A stretch of 64,000 bases of DNA from an uncultured Gemmatimonadaceae bacterium (GCA_963822945.1 CAWGJO010000020.1:512001-576000), one strand, 5' to 3'. Counted from the first letter of the stretch, positions 42,984 through 53,721 are shown. Notes: a model not told the origin generated them from the letters alone. Made by a program: numbers and translations.

Positions 42984-45900
42984 TCACGCGGTCGACTTCA
43001 ACTCACGGAATTGGCGGACCAGCGCCGTGAACCCCAGGGCCTCGACGCGTTCGGCGTATCGGTCCACGGCGGCCAGCGCCAGGTCGCGATCGATCGCGAA
43101 CAGCGCCGGCGCGCATGCCGCGGTCAACCAGGCGGCGCTGAACACGTCGGCCGGATCGGCCAACGCCCGGCCCGCTTCGAACTGTGCCACGGCCTCGGCG
43201 TTCCGCCCTTCAGCGGCGGCGAGCAGCACCCGCAAGGCCTCCACGAGTTCGCGCCCCTGGAACCACTCGCTCCGCATGGTCATTCGGCTCTCGGCTTCCG
43301 CGAGCGGGCGCCGCGCCTCGTCCAGCCGACCCAGCGCCAACAGGCACAGCCCCTCGCCCGCCCGGGCGCCGATTTCGACGTCCGACTGCCCGATCCGCTG
43401 AGCCAGGGCTTTGGTGGATTCGTACAACTCCAGGGCCCGGTGGTGCTCGCCGCGCTCGCGCTCCGTGTGCGCCATGTTGAACAGCGAGTAGAGCTGATAC
43501 TCGGAATTCTTGAGCGAGGCCGAGAGCCCCATCGCCTCGCCGAACAGCTCGCTGGCGCGGGTGTAGTCCCCGAGTTTCTGGAAGATCAGCCCCAAGTTGA
43601 GCGCGGCCGCCGCCCAGAGGTCGGCCATGGCGGAGGCCCGCGCGAGAGCGATCGCCGTCGCCAGCGACTCCCGCGCCTCCGCGATCTGACTGTCCACCTG
43701 CAGCACGATGCCGAGATTGTTGTAGCAGCGAACCTGGCCGCGAATGTCTCCCGCCTGCCGGGCCAGGTCGAGCGCGCGTTCGTAGCATTCGCGCGCCCGC
43801 TTGGGCGACTCCGACGAGATGGTGGTCCCGAATCGCGTCAGCGCTTCGGCCAGCAGCAGTGGGTCGCCGATTCGCTCCGCCATCTCGACGCACTCTGCGG
43901 CGATCCGCGCCGACTCCCGCGTCTCGCCCAGCCGGCCGTAGACCTGCGACAGCAGGGTGAGGATCGCCACCCGCTCCTCATCGAAGCCGAGCCGCGATGC
44001 TTCGGCGTCCAACGCCTGGAGCGCGTCGAGCGACCGGCGGGCCGGCTGCCCGAGTTCCTTCCGCGCCCATTCCCGCATGCGCCGCAGCGTCAGCGTCCGG
44101 CGCTCGTCGCCCTGCCCCTCGAACCAGTCGAGCGCCAGGTCGCACAGCTCTTCCTCCTCGTCGTACCGCCCCAGCGCATCGGCGATCTGGGCCAACCGCA
44201 CACGGACTTCGGCCAACTCGTCCGGAGACGTCGCGTTGCGCGCCGCTACCTGGAGCAGGTTCTTGGCCGTGGTGACCGCGTACAGGGCCTCGGCGTCGGC
44301 ACCCGCCCGCAGGGCCATGCGATAGGCCGAACTCGCCGCTTCCGCGGCGTCGTAGTGGAGGGTGATCTCGATCGCCGTGCCCTCACCCCGGGCCTCCATG
44401 GCCCGTGCCACCCGCTCGTGCTGGAGGTGCAGCTGCTCGACCGGCAGCGCGCGCACCAGCGCGTCGGCAATCGTCTCGTGCGCGAACAGGAAGGCCTTCC
44501 GGCGCCGTTCGTAGGTGTACTGCAGCACGCCCGTGGCCATGGCTTCGTCGATGGCCGCCTCCACCGCGCGGGCGTTGCCCGCCCCCGCGGCTTCCAGCAG
44601 TGGCGCCTCGAACTCCCGGCCCACCACCGCCGCCGTGGTCAGCACGGCCCGCGTGCTCGCCGAGAACCGGTCCAGCCGCCGCGCCACGATCCCGTCCATT
44701 CCCGACGGGAGCTGCATCTCCGACACCGGCTTCCACTGCCAGCGCGTGCCGTCGTGCCAGAGCATCCCTTCGTCGGCCAGGCACCGGAGCAGTTGCGTCA
44801 GCAGGAACGGGTTGCCCTCGGTCTGGCGGTATACGAAGGCCAGGAACTCGCGGGCGACCTCCTGGTGGTCGAGCGCCGCCTCCAGCCACCGCTTCACTTC
44901 GTCACGCGTGAGCCGCGAGAGCTGGATCTCCTGGTATCCGGTGTGGGCGCGGAGCGCCGCCCGCCGCTCGGCGGCCACCGTGTACTCCGCCCCCGTGCGC
45001 ATGGTCACGCAGATCATGATCTGCTCGTCGGTGAGCTGCTCCACGAGGTGGTCGAGCGCGTCCCACGACGCTTCGTCCGCCCACTGCATCTCGTCGAGCA
45101 CCACCACCACCGGCCACTTCGAGGCCGCCGCGCGCAGATACGCCGAGATCTCCTGCATGAGGCGGAACTTCGATCCCGGCTGCGCCGCCGCATCCCGTTC
45201 CATCGTTGGTACGAGCTTGGGAAGCTCGTGCCACGATTGGTCGGCGGGCGGCGCGATGCGACGCATGGCCTGGAACACGCCGGCCCACGGACCGTACGGC
45301 TGCCGGACACCCACGGGCCGTCCGCGCCCGTAGAGCATCGAACCGCCCAGCAGCCGCACCTCGGGCTCGAGTTGCCGCGCCAGGGTCACCGTCCCGCTCC
45401 CCGCTTCTCCGACGATGGAGATGACGCGCGGATTGCCGGCCGCCGCTTCGTCGAGCAGCCGGAACAGCAGGCGCCGTTCCGTCAGCCGTCCCGCGAATCG
45501 ACCGACGTCGGGAATGACCGCCGACGGGCCGGCGGCCACCGCCGTCGGCGCCACGAACACGCCGTCTCCCCCGCGCTCGGCAACCGATCCCCTGGCGCGA
45601 CGCGCCGTCTGCACGAGGAGTTCCGGATCCAGACCATGATCGGGCGCCGCGGCAACGCCGGCCGAAATCGTCACCCGCGGCATCGATCCCGTTGGCCTCG
45701 TCGGCGTGGGCGGCATGAAGTCGTGTCCGCGCACGGCGGCACCAATTCGGCTCGCGACCTGCCGCGCGTCCTTCACACCCGCGCCGAGCAGCATCACGAC
45801 GACTTCTCCCTCGGACACCCGCTCGACATAGTCGCCCGTGCGCAGGATGCGCTGCAGCATCACGGCGATTTGTTCGCACACTTCGTCCGGTCCCGAGGGC

Positions 45901-46019
45901 CCGAGCGCCGACCGGAGTGCCTGGAGTCGATCAAGTTCGATCGAGACCACCGACACGGGGCGCTTCGTCGCGCTCGCTTCTGCCAACGTACCTGAAACGA
46001 CGTTCAGGAGGTCTCGCAT
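42984..46019 (-). CDS. Degenerate GGDEF + AAA/STAND-like NTPase + TPR protein
   Basis: GGDEF fold with VSEGE; FAGR..E; GEAGSGTV; VLDEMQWAD; TEGNPF; FAHE; C-terminal TPRs. Confidence 0.88.
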   Translation of the reverse strand: MRDLLNVVSGTLAEASATKRPVSVVSIELDRLQALRSALGPSGPDEVCEQIAVMLQRILRTGDYVERVSEGEVVVMLLGAGVKDARQVASRIGAAVRGHDFMPPTPTRPTGSMPRVTISAGVAAAPDHGLDPELLVQTARRARGSVAERGGDGVFVAPTAVAAGPSAVIPDVGRFAGRLTERRLLFRLLDEAAAGNPRVISIVGEAGSGTVTLARQLEPEVRLLGGSMLYGRGRPVGVRQPYGPWAGVFQAMRRIAPPADQSWHELPKLVPTMERDAAAQPGSKFRLMQEISAYLRAAASKWPVVVVLDEMQWADEASWDALDHLVEQLTDEQIMICVTMRTGAEYTVAAERRAALRAHTGYQEIQLSRLTRDEVKRWLEAALDHQEVAREFLAFVYRQTEGNPFLLTQLLRCLADEGMLWHDGTRWQWKPVSEMQLPSGMDGIVARRLDRFSASTRAVLTTAAVVGREFEAPLLEAAGAGNARAVEAAIDEAMATGVLQYTYERRRKAFLFAHETIADALVRALPVEQLHLQHERVARAMEARGEGTAIEITLHYDAAEAASSAYRMALRAGADAEALYAVTTAKNLLQVAARNATSPDELAEVRVRLAQIADALGRYDEEEELCDLALDWFEGQGDERRTLTLRRMREWARKELGQPARRSLDALQALDAEASRLGFDEERVAILTLLSQVYGRLGETRESARIAAECVEMAERIGDPLLLAEALTRFGTTISSESPKRARECYERALDLARQAGDIRGQVRCYNNLGIVLQVDSQIAEARESLATAIALARASAMADLWAAAALNLGLIFQKLGDYTRASELFGEAMGLSASLKNSEYQLYSLFNMAHTERERGEHHRALELYESTKALAQRIGQSDVEIGARAGEGLCLLALGRLDEARRPLAEAESRMTMRSEWFQGRELVEALRVLLAAAEGRNAEAVAQFEAGRALADPADVFSAAWLTAACAPALFAIDRDLALAAVDRYAERVEALGFTALVRQFRELKSTA

Positions 46020-46213
46020 GCGGGTGTGTGACGGGGATTACAATCAGCCCGGGCAGAGGTATGGTATTGGGCACCCGGACGGACGTGCAGAACCGTACGC
46101 ATTCATACCACGATCCCGCAAGCGCTTAGGTCACACTTGGCCCCAGAAATTTTAACGTAGCGGTACTCCGCCCCGTCATACGAGCACATCTGCCAGAACC
46201 TGGAGAGTCCAGC

Positions 46214-48130
46214 ATGCGGTACCGCCCTTCGTCGCGCTGGGTGCTGTGGCCCGCGGTCGGTGCCCTCGTGGCCTGTGCCAGCGGGTCGTCCGGATCGGTC
46301 ACGGCGCAGTCCCCGAGTGTCGCGGCGCTGCCGCAAGCTGACGCGCCGAGGGAACAGTTACCCGACCAGCAAGTGTTGCAGGTGCTCAACCGGTTGGCCT
46401 ACGGGCCGCGCCCGGGCGACGTGGCGCGCGTGCGGGCCATGGGGGTGGACCACTGGATCGCGCTGCAACTGACGCCCCAGCGGATCAGCGATCGAGAGGC
46501 CGATGCAGCGATCGCCCGCTATCATCTGCTCGAGCTCCCCACCAGCCAGATCGTGGCCGCGTACCGCGAGGCGGTCCAGGCGCGCCGGCGGATGCAGTTG
46601 GCGTTGAAGGACGACGACGGTCGGTCGGAGCAGGCCGCGCGCCAGGCCTATCTCCGCGCGAACCCCCAGCTTCGCGAACTCCAGCAGCAGGTTCAGGGCC
46701 CGGTCAACGAGCTGCTGTCGGCGAAGCTCGCCCGTGCGGTGCTCAGCGAGCGCCAGCTCAATGAAGTGATGGTGAATTTCTGGGAGAATCACTTCAGCGT
46801 GTACGTCGGCAAGGGACAGACTCGCAACTTCCTCACGGCATACGATCGCGATGTGATCCGCCCGCACGCGCTCGGCCGGTTTCGCGATCTCCTCGGCGCG
46901 GTGGCACACAGCCCCGCCATGCTCTTCTACCTGGACAACTGGGAGAGCCAGGCCGACAGCACGCACTCGGTACTCACCGCCAACGGACGCATCGTCTCGC
47001 CGGAGCAGCGTCGCCGCGTGCTGGGTATGCTCGGGCGCGCCCGGACGAACCAGCTCCCACGGCGGCTGCGCAACCTGACGCCAGCCGAGCGCCAGCAGGC
47101 GCTCCGCCGAGCGGGGAAGCGCGGCATCAACGAGAACTATGCCCGAGAGTTGATGGAACTTCACACCCTGGGAGTGGACGGCGGCTACACGCAGCAGGAC
47201 GTGATCGAGGTGGCCCGCTGTCTCACCGGATGGACCATCGACATGCGAACGGGCGCCTTCGTCTTCCGCCCGCAGATGCACGATGCCGACGCCAAGCTGG
47301 TGCTGGGGCACCGGATTCCGGCCGGCGGCGGGGAGGAAGACGGTGAGAAGGTGCTCGACATCCTCGCCCGGAGCCCGGCCACCGCGCACTTCATCGCCCG
47401 CAAGCTCGTCGTGCATTTCGTGAGCGACAGCGCGCCGCCGGCGCTCGTCGAGCGCGCGGCCCAGACCTTCCTCCGCACCGACGGGGACATTCGCGAGGTG
47501 GTGCGCACGATCGTCACCTCCCCGGAGTTCTTCAGCAACGCGGCGTATCGCGCCAAGGTGAAGACGCCCTTCGAAGTCGTGGCCAGCGGCCTGCGCGCCC
47601 TCGGCGCCGAACCCGACACGACACCGCGCCTGGCCGGCCTCGTCGCGCTGCTCGGCCAGCCCGAGTTCGGACGCCAGACGCCCGATGGATGGCCCGACCG
47701 CGCCGACGCCTGGATGAACACCGGCGCCATTCTCAACCGCATCAACTTCGGCCTGCTGCTCGCCAGCGGCCGGATTCCCGGCGCCGCGTTCGCCAACTGG
47801 CCGTATGCGGATTCGCTGCGGCACGCACCCCACGCGCAACAGGTGGACGGCGTGATCAACGCCATACTCGGGGGCCAGGTCTCGCAGGTCACACGAGACG
47901 TGCTCCTCACCGGTGAGAATCCCTTCCTCAAGAAAGCGCAAAGCGATTCGCTGGCTAACGCAGCCGACGCCATGGCGTCGAACGGAATGGACGGCGGCGC
48001 ATTCTCGGGGGCGGCACGCGGCCAACGGAGGGCCCGGGGAGCCGGCGTGCTCACCCGTCCGGTGAACCTCACCGGGCTGCGGCTGGTGGTAGGGCTCGCA
48101 TTGGGCGCGCCCGAATTTCAACGCAAGTAG
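46214..48130 (+). CDS. DUF1800 family exported protein
   Basis: LVAC lipobox, FWENHF, PAMLFYLDN, NENYARELMELHTLG, PEFQ. Confidence 0.92.
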   Translation: MRYRPSSRWVLWPAVGALVACASGSSGSVTAQSPSVAALPQADAPREQLPDQQVLQVLNRLAYGPRPGDVARVRAMGVDHWIALQLTPQRISDREADAAIARYHLLELPTSQIVAAYREAVQARRRMQLALKDDDGRSEQAARQAYLRANPQLRELQQQVQGPVNELLSAKLARAVLSERQLNEVMVNFWENHFSVYVGKGQTRNFLTAYDRDVIRPHALGRFRDLLGAVAHSPAMLFYLDNWESQADSTHSVLTANGRIVSPEQRRRVLGMLGRARTNQLPRRLRNLTPAERQQALRRAGKRGINENYARELMELHTLGVDGGYTQQDVIEVARCLTGWTIDMRTGAFVFRPQMHDADAKLVLGHRIPAGGGEEDGEKVLDILARSPATAHFIARKLVVHFVSDSAPPALVERAAQTFLRTDGDIREVVRTIVTSPEFFSNAAYRAKVKTPFEVVASGLRALGAEPDTTPRLAGLVALLGQPEFGRQTPDGWPDRADAWMNTGAILNRINFGLLLASGRIPGAAFANWPYADSLRHAPHAQQVDGVINAILGGQVSQVTRDVLLTGENPFLKKAQSDSLANAADAMASNGMDGGAFSGAARGQRRARGAGVLTRPVNLTGLRLVVGLALGAPEFQRK

Positions 48131-48145
48131 CGGGCGGGGGAGAAC

Positions 48146-49405
48146 ATGAAACGCCGAGTGTTCGTGAAGTCGGGCGCGCTGGCGCTCGTCACCATGGGAT
48201 TGTCCCCGAGCTTCCTGCGTCGCACCGTGTTCGCCGCAGAACTGCCCAGGGCGCGGAAGGGCAAGACGCTCATCTGCATCTTCCAGCGCGGTGCCGCCGA
48301 CGCGCTCAACGTGGTCGTGCCGCACGGCGAGCCCGCCTACTACCGCATGCGCCCCACGATCGCCATTCCGCAACCGACGCGAAGCGCGACCGGTGCCGCC
48401 ATCGACCTCGATGGGTTCTTCGGACTCCACCCAGCGCTCGCCCCGTTCGAACCGCTCTGGGACCGTGGACTGCTCACCGCCGTGCACGCCGTGGGCAGTC
48501 CGAGCAATACGCGATCGCACTTCGACGCGCAGGACTACATGGAGAGCGGCACCCCGGACAACAAGAGCACCCCCGACGGTTGGCTGAACCGCTATCTCGC
48601 CGCGCAGGGCACCTGCGCCGAGTGTGCGGTGACACCGCCTCCACCGTTCCGCGCCGTGTCGATGACGCCGCAGACTCCGCGGATTCTGGAGGGAAGATCC
48701 CCCGTGATCGCCATGAACAGCCTCGATCAGTTCACGATTCGCACCGGCGGAACCGCCGCCGCGGAACTCGAGGCCCTGTACATGACCGGATCGGCCGATG
48801 TGGTGCACGCCGCCGGCGGCGACATGTTCGAAGCGATGAAGGTGCTGCGGGCCGCCGATCCGGAGCAGTACCGGCCGCGCAACGGCGCGCTGTACCCGAA
48901 TTCGCCCTTCGGGCAGCACATGAAGCAGATCGCACAGCTCATCAAGTCGGACGTCGGACTCGAGATCGCGTTTGCCGACGTCGGCGGCTGGGACACGCAC
49001 GTCAACCAGGGCGGCTCCACCGGCCAGCTGGCGGCTCGCCTCGACGATTTCTCGCATTCCATCGCGGCGCTCGTAACCGACCTCGGCGATCGAATGGCCG
49101 ACGTCGCGATTCTCACGATGTCGGAGTTCGGCCGGACCGCGCGGCAGAACGGAAATGGCGGCACCGACCACGGACACGCGAGCGCCATGTTCGTGATCGG
49201 CGGCGACGTCCAGGGCCGCAAGGTGCACGGCCGGTGGCCCGGCCTGGAGCCCGAGCAGTTGAACGAAGACCGGGACCTGGCATTAACCACCGATTTCCGC
49301 AGCGTATTCTCCGAAGTCGTCGGGAAGCACCTTGGCGCGACAGCGTTCGAACGGATCTTTCCAGGATTTGCGGTGGATAAGAGCAGGTGGGTAGGCGTGC
49401 TGTGA
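48146..49405 (+). CDS. DUF1501 family protein (Tat signal)
   Basis: KRRVFVK, QRGAAD, RSHF, GGWDTH, SEFGRT, GTDHG. Confidence 0.92.
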   Translation: MKRRVFVKSGALALVTMGLSPSFLRRTVFAAELPRARKGKTLICIFQRGAADALNVVVPHGEPAYYRMRPTIAIPQPTRSATGAAIDLDGFFGLHPALAPFEPLWDRGLLTAVHAVGSPSNTRSHFDAQDYMESGTPDNKSTPDGWLNRYLAAQGTCAECAVTPPPPFRAVSMTPQTPRILEGRSPVIAMNSLDQFTIRTGGTAAAELEALYMTGSADVVHAAGGDMFEAMKVLRAADPEQYRPRNGALYPNSPFGQHMKQIAQLIKSDVGLEIAFADVGGWDTHVNQGGSTGQLAARLDDFSHSIAALVTDLGDRMADVAILTMSEFGRTARQNGNGGTDHGHASAMFVIGGDVQGRKVHGRWPGLEPEQLNEDRDLALTTDFRSVFSEVVGKHLGATAFERIFPGFAVDKSRWVGVL

Positions 49406-49450
49406 ACGAGGGGGGCGCGCAAGCGTCTGAGAGTGACACGGCAGCCAACC

Positions 49451-49487
49451 CGAACGGCCCCGGCGGAAGAATCGCCGGGGCCGTTCG
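49451..49487. terminator. 15-bp hairpin between convergent genes
   Basis: CGAACGGCCCCGGCG-gaagaat-CGCCGGGGCCGTTCG. Confidence 0.75.
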
Positions 49488-49525
49488 AATAACGTCGGCA
49501 GTGCAGCCGTGCGCGCGGCCCTCGG

Positions 49526-51604
49526 TCAGAACCTGATGATCCGCTGGAGCCCGTGCGCCAGCCCCCGCAGCAGATCGCTCAACCCCTCGGCAATGCTCGG
49601 CATGTGTGGGCCGGTGTGCATCTGGCAGGTGTCGGTGGGCGCCTCGCCCGGCTTGAACCACTCGGTCTTCCGCTGCGGGCACCACTCACCCGCCAACTGG
49701 CCGGATTCAGGGTCGATGACGGCCGGGACCATGCCCTGCGGCGGCACCCACGCCGAGCTGCCGGGCTCGTGCCAGCCGGCGCGCATGATCGAGGCCCACG
49801 CCGGTGCCGCCAGCCGTCCCCCCGTTGCGGCGTGCCCGATGGGTGTCGGCGTGTCGTAGCCGAACCAGACCCCCGCCACGAGCGTCGGGGTGTACCCCAC
49901 GAACCAGACATCCGCGTTGTTGTTGGTCGTACCCGTCTTCCCCGCCACGGGCCCTCTGACACCCATGTCGCGCACCACCCGGCCGGTGCCGAAGTTCACC
50001 ACACCCTCCAGCATCGAAGTCATCTCGTACGCGATCTGTGGATCCATGGCCGGAGTGGTCTGGACGCCGCTCTTCCACAACACGCGGCCTCCCGGGGCAT
50101 CGATCTCGGTGACCAGCCGCGGGGTCACCCGCTGGCCGCCGTTGGCGAAGGGAGCATAGGCGCTCACCAACTCCAGCGGCGTCACTTCGAACGCACCGAG
50201 GGCGATGGCCGGCACAGGCTCCAGGGGGCTCGAGATGCCGTTGCTGCGCGCCGCCGCTATCACGCGCTGCTCGCCGACGCCGTGGCTCACCCGCACCGCC
50301 GCCGCATTCGACGAGATCATGAGGGCGCGGCGAAGCGTGACCGGACCCGTGTATTCGTCGCCGTAGTTGGCGGGACTCCAGATACGTCCGCCGAGGTCGA
50401 CGTCCACCGGCTCGTCCTGGACCATCGCGGCGGGCGACAGCCCCGCCCGGAGCGCCGCGGTATAGACGAACGGCTTGAACGCTGAGCCCGGCTGCCGGTG
50501 CGCGTCCGTCGCGCGATCGAACCCGCCGCGCACGATGCTCGTTCCGCCGACCAATGCCCGGATGTCGCCGGTAGCGGCATCCAGGGCGACGAACGCGCCC
50601 TGGGCGCGCCCGGGGATCGAGCCGTACTCGTTCCTGGTTTCCCACTGAATGGCCGCGGCCTGGCGCGGAATCACCCGGTCGGCCGCCCGTTGCAGCTTCC
50701 AATCGATGGTGGTCCGCACCGTCAGGTTGCCGGGACGCCCCGCCGCCGGGAGCACGGAATCGACCACCGAACGAACGGCATCGATCGCCGTCGACGCATC
50801 ACCCCGATCGGGTCGCCATCCCTCGCCGGCCACGTCCAACGACTGCGAGCGGGCAGCGTTGGCCTGCCTGCGGGTGATGTAGCCCTGCTCCGCCATGAGG
50901 TCGAGCACGAGATTCCGGCGCTGCATGGCGCGGTCGGGATCGTTACGCGGTGTGTAGGCCGACGGTCCCTTGGGGAGCGCGGCGAGCATCGCCCCCTCGG
51001 CGAGCGTGAGTTGCCAGACGTGTTTGCCGAACAGGTCGCGGCTTGCCGCCTCGACGCCGTAGGCCCCGTCGCCGAGGTAGATGGCGTTGAGGTAAAGGTC
51101 GAGAATCTGGTCTTTGCTCAGGTCGTGCTCGAGGATCTTCGCGTATCGGATCTCGAGCAGCTTTCGACGCAGGGAGCGTCCGTCGTAGCGATTGGCCAGG
51201 AACGTGTTCCGGGCCACCTGCATGTCGATCGTACTGAACCCCTCGCGCACGCTCATTGTGGTTGCATTACGAAGCGTTGCGCGCGCCACACCCCACCAGT
51301 CCAGGCCGTGATGGTGATAGAAACGCCGGTCCTCCGTGGCGATGAACGCTTCTCGCACCTGCTTGGGAACTCGATCGATAGGGACGTTTACGCGACGGAC
51401 GAAGGCAAGATGACCGATCACCCGCCCCGTCTGATCGAGTATCCGTCCGCCCTCGTCAGGACGGTACGCCCGCACCTCGGCGCGCGACGGGCACCCGGCG
51501 AAGCCGCATGTCCCCAACCAGGCGTCGAATGTCACGAGACCTGTGAGGAGCAGCACGGATATCGCGATGGCAACCGTGCGACGTTGGGACGGTGTGACGT
51601 TCAT
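49526..51604 (-). CDS. Class A penicillin-binding protein (PBP1A family)
   Basis: EDRRF, GFSTIDMQ, RKLLE, YLN; SAFK, SSN, KTGT. Confidence 0.95.
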   Translation of the reverse strand: MNVTPSQRRTVAIAISVLLLTGLVTFDAWLGTCGFAGCPSRAEVRAYRPDEGGRILDQTGRVIGHLAFVRRVNVPIDRVPKQVREAFIATEDRRFYHHHGLDWWGVARATLRNATTMSVREGFSTIDMQVARNTFLANRYDGRSLRRKLLEIRYAKILEHDLSKDQILDLYLNAIYLGDGAYGVEAASRDLFGKHVWQLTLAEGAMLAALPKGPSAYTPRNDPDRAMQRRNLVLDLMAEQGYITRRQANAARSQSLDVAGEGWRPDRGDASTAIDAVRSVVDSVLPAAGRPGNLTVRTTIDWKLQRAADRVIPRQAAAIQWETRNEYGSIPGRAQGAFVALDAATGDIRALVGGTSIVRGGFDRATDAHRQPGSAFKPFVYTAALRAGLSPAAMVQDEPVDVDLGGRIWSPANYGDEYTGPVTLRRALMISSNAAAVRVSHGVGEQRVIAAARSNGISSPLEPVPAIALGAFEVTPLELVSAYAPFANGGQRVTPRLVTEIDAPGGRVLWKSGVQTTPAMDPQIAYEMTSMLEGVVNFGTGRVVRDMGVRGPVAGKTGTTNNNADVWFVGYTPTLVAGVWFGYDTPTPIGHAATGGRLAAPAWASIMRAGWHEPGSSAWVPPQGMVPAVIDPESGQLAGEWCPQRKTEWFKPGEAPTDTCQMHTGPHMPSIAEGLSDLLRGLAHGLQRIIRF

Positions 51605-51724
51605 GCGGCTCGCGTGGTGAGAGGCTCCAGGAATTCGTACGCCGTCGCGAGTCGCAGGTTTCCGCCGGGTCCGTCCGAGTGCGATCCGGGCTCGGCTACC
51701 ACGTTCTGATCAGGCTTCACTCCA

Positions 51725-52774
51725 ATGTGCTCCCGGCAGTTCAAATGGTTTGCCTGCGGTGTTGGGACGGTCGCCATCGCGTTTGTGTCGGTATTCGCGC
51801 AGACGTCAGGCCCCCGCGCTTTGACAACCGGAACACCCTCAGGGGTTCACGGGCCGCATATGGTTGCGGCACGGCCGCTTGCGCGTGACGGCGGGAAATC
51901 GCCCGGACGTCTGCATCCGAATCCGGATGGCCGCGTGCCGATTCTGGAGTACCATCTGATCGCGGACAGCGATTCGCGGTGGGGGCGCAGTTGGCGCCAT
52001 TTCCGGCAGGACCTGGAGATGCTGTACGATCGGGGGTACCGGCCGGTGACCGTGTCGCAGCTCCTGGATCGGAAGCTCGACATTCCACCGGGCACTTCGC
52101 CCGTTGTGTTCACCTTCGACGATGCCTCACCCGGCCAATTCCGGTACGTGGAGCACGACGGCCACCTGGTGATCGACTCCACGAGCGCGGTCGGCATCTG
52201 GCTGGCGTTTCACGCCGAGCATCCCGATTGGGGAAACCGGGCGACCTTCTGCCTGCTCCCGGCCGCATCGGCCGGACATGCGTTCTTCGGCGACAAGGGC
52301 ATCCAGGGACAGCAGACCGCGTGGCGGATGAAGAAGGTGAAGTTCCTCGCCGAGCAGGGGTTCGAGCTGTGCGACCACACCCTCTGGCATGCCGACCTGG
52401 CGAAGTACGACGACGAGGTGGTGCAGGAGCAGATCGCCCGCGGCGAGATGGCGATCGACTCGGCGGTGCCGGGCTATCGCGTGCGGACCTTCGCCCTGCC
52501 GCTGGGTGTGTGGCCCAAGAACCGATCGCTGGCCCAGCGGGGATCGTGGAAGGACCCGAAGACCGGCCGGGTGTACCGGTACGACTTCGACGCCATTCTC
52601 GAAGTGGCGGGTGGATTGAATCCGAGTCCGAACGATCCACAGTTCAACCCGTTGCACCTGCATCGGGTGCAGGTGAACGACGGGGAACTGGAGCGGGTGC
52701 TGGACATGCTCGACCGGACGAAGACGCGGTACGTGGCGGGCGGGGTGGCCGCGCCGGAGGCGGGCCACCGGTAG
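51725..52774 (+). CDS. Exported polysaccharide deacetylase family protein
   Basis: PILEYH, TFDD, HTLWH, FALPLG; signal peptide. Confidence 0.85.
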   Translation: MCSRQFKWFACGVGTVAIAFVSVFAQTSGPRALTTGTPSGVHGPHMVAARPLARDGGKSPGRLHPNPDGRVPILEYHLIADSDSRWGRSWRHFRQDLEMLYDRGYRPVTVSQLLDRKLDIPPGTSPVVFTFDDASPGQFRYVEHDGHLVIDSTSAVGIWLAFHAEHPDWGNRATFCLLPAASAGHAFFGDKGIQGQQTAWRMKKVKFLAEQGFELCDHTLWHADLAKYDDEVVQEQIARGEMAIDSAVPGYRVRTFALPLGVWPKNRSLAQRGSWKDPKTGRVYRYDFDAILEVAGGLNPSPNDPQFNPLHLHRVQVNDGELERVLDMLDRTKTRYVAGGVAAPEAGHR

Positions 52775-52822
52775 GTGCGCCGGCCGGTCAGCGGCGCCGC
52801 GCCGGCCGGCCCCGCCCGCCGG

Positions 52823-53569
52823 TTACATCGTCCTCCAGGCTCCCCAGAGCGCCGGCAGCATGGTCACGATCCAGAACGATAGTCCGAAGGCCCAGGCCTT
52901 GGCCTTGGGCAGCTTGGCGATCACGGCCACGCCGATGGTGATCAGCAGGAGCGACCAGAGCACGAACAACTCGACGTGATCGAGCAGGGCCCCCGTGAGC
53001 GGCGTGATCGCGTTGGGGTCCATGAACCGGGCCGGACCGAATTCGATGCTGAACCGGGTGGTCAGATTCGCGGGATCGATGAGCAGCCCCTGCACCGACA
53101 GGGCCACCTGCTGCACCACCCGGGGCACCAGGCCGAACGACGCCACGACCATCGCGGCATTCCAGGACAGTTTGGCCCCGAACGCCTTGGCGAGCACCCA
53201 GGCCACGAACGCCAGCAGCAGAGCCAGGATCGGGATGAAGACGATGGTTCCGTACTGCGTGACCGTGAAGCCGATGGCCTTGGACCGCTCGACCATCGCG
53301 GGCGTCAGCTGCGGGTTGGCCTTCATCATCTGCGGGACGTTGCGCGCGAATTCGGTGTTGAAGATCGGCTCCATGATGTTCCGATTCGCGAACACCAGCA
53401 CCGCCATGAGGACCGTGACGACGAGGAGCGGAATCCAGAAATTCCCGTTCGCTCGACGCCGGAACACCTGGGCCGGCGCGTAGAAGATGTCCAGGAAGTC
53501 TTCCCACACCGACACTTTGTCTTGCTGGGCGACCGGTGCCTGCGGTGACGTCGTGTTCTGGGGATCCAT
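52823..53569 (-). CDS. Yip1-family membrane protein
   Basis: DIFYAPAQVF motif and about 5 TM helices; GAGG RBS. Confidence 0.8.
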   Translation of the reverse strand: MDPQNTTSPQAPVAQQDKVSVWEDFLDIFYAPAQVFRRRANGNFWIPLLVVTVLMAVLVFANRNIMEPIFNTEFARNVPQMMKANPQLTPAMVERSKAIGFTVTQYGTIVFIPILALLLAFVAWVLAKAFGAKLSWNAAMVVASFGLVPRVVQQVALSVQGLLIDPANLTTRFSIEFGPARFMDPNAITPLTGALLDHVELFVLWSLLLITIGVAVIAKLPKAKAWAFGLSFWIVTMLPALWGAWRTM

Positions 53570-53691
53570 GGCGGCCTCTTTCGGGGAGGGAGGGCCCGGC
53601 TCAAGGCACAAGCCGGCGAACTTCGAGAACCAGCGGGTCACGCAGGTGGAAGATTCGCTTCGGTGTCAAAATTCGTCAAATCGGGCCAAAG

Positions 53692-53707
53692 TGTGGCCCA
53701 CATCACA
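53692..53707. promoter_or_regulatory. CRP/FNR-family-like box
   Basis: TGTGG-N6-TCACA, one mismatch to TGTGA-N6-TCACA, in a divergent intergenic region. Confidence 0.45.
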
Positions 53708-53721
53708 CCTTGGAGACAGGC

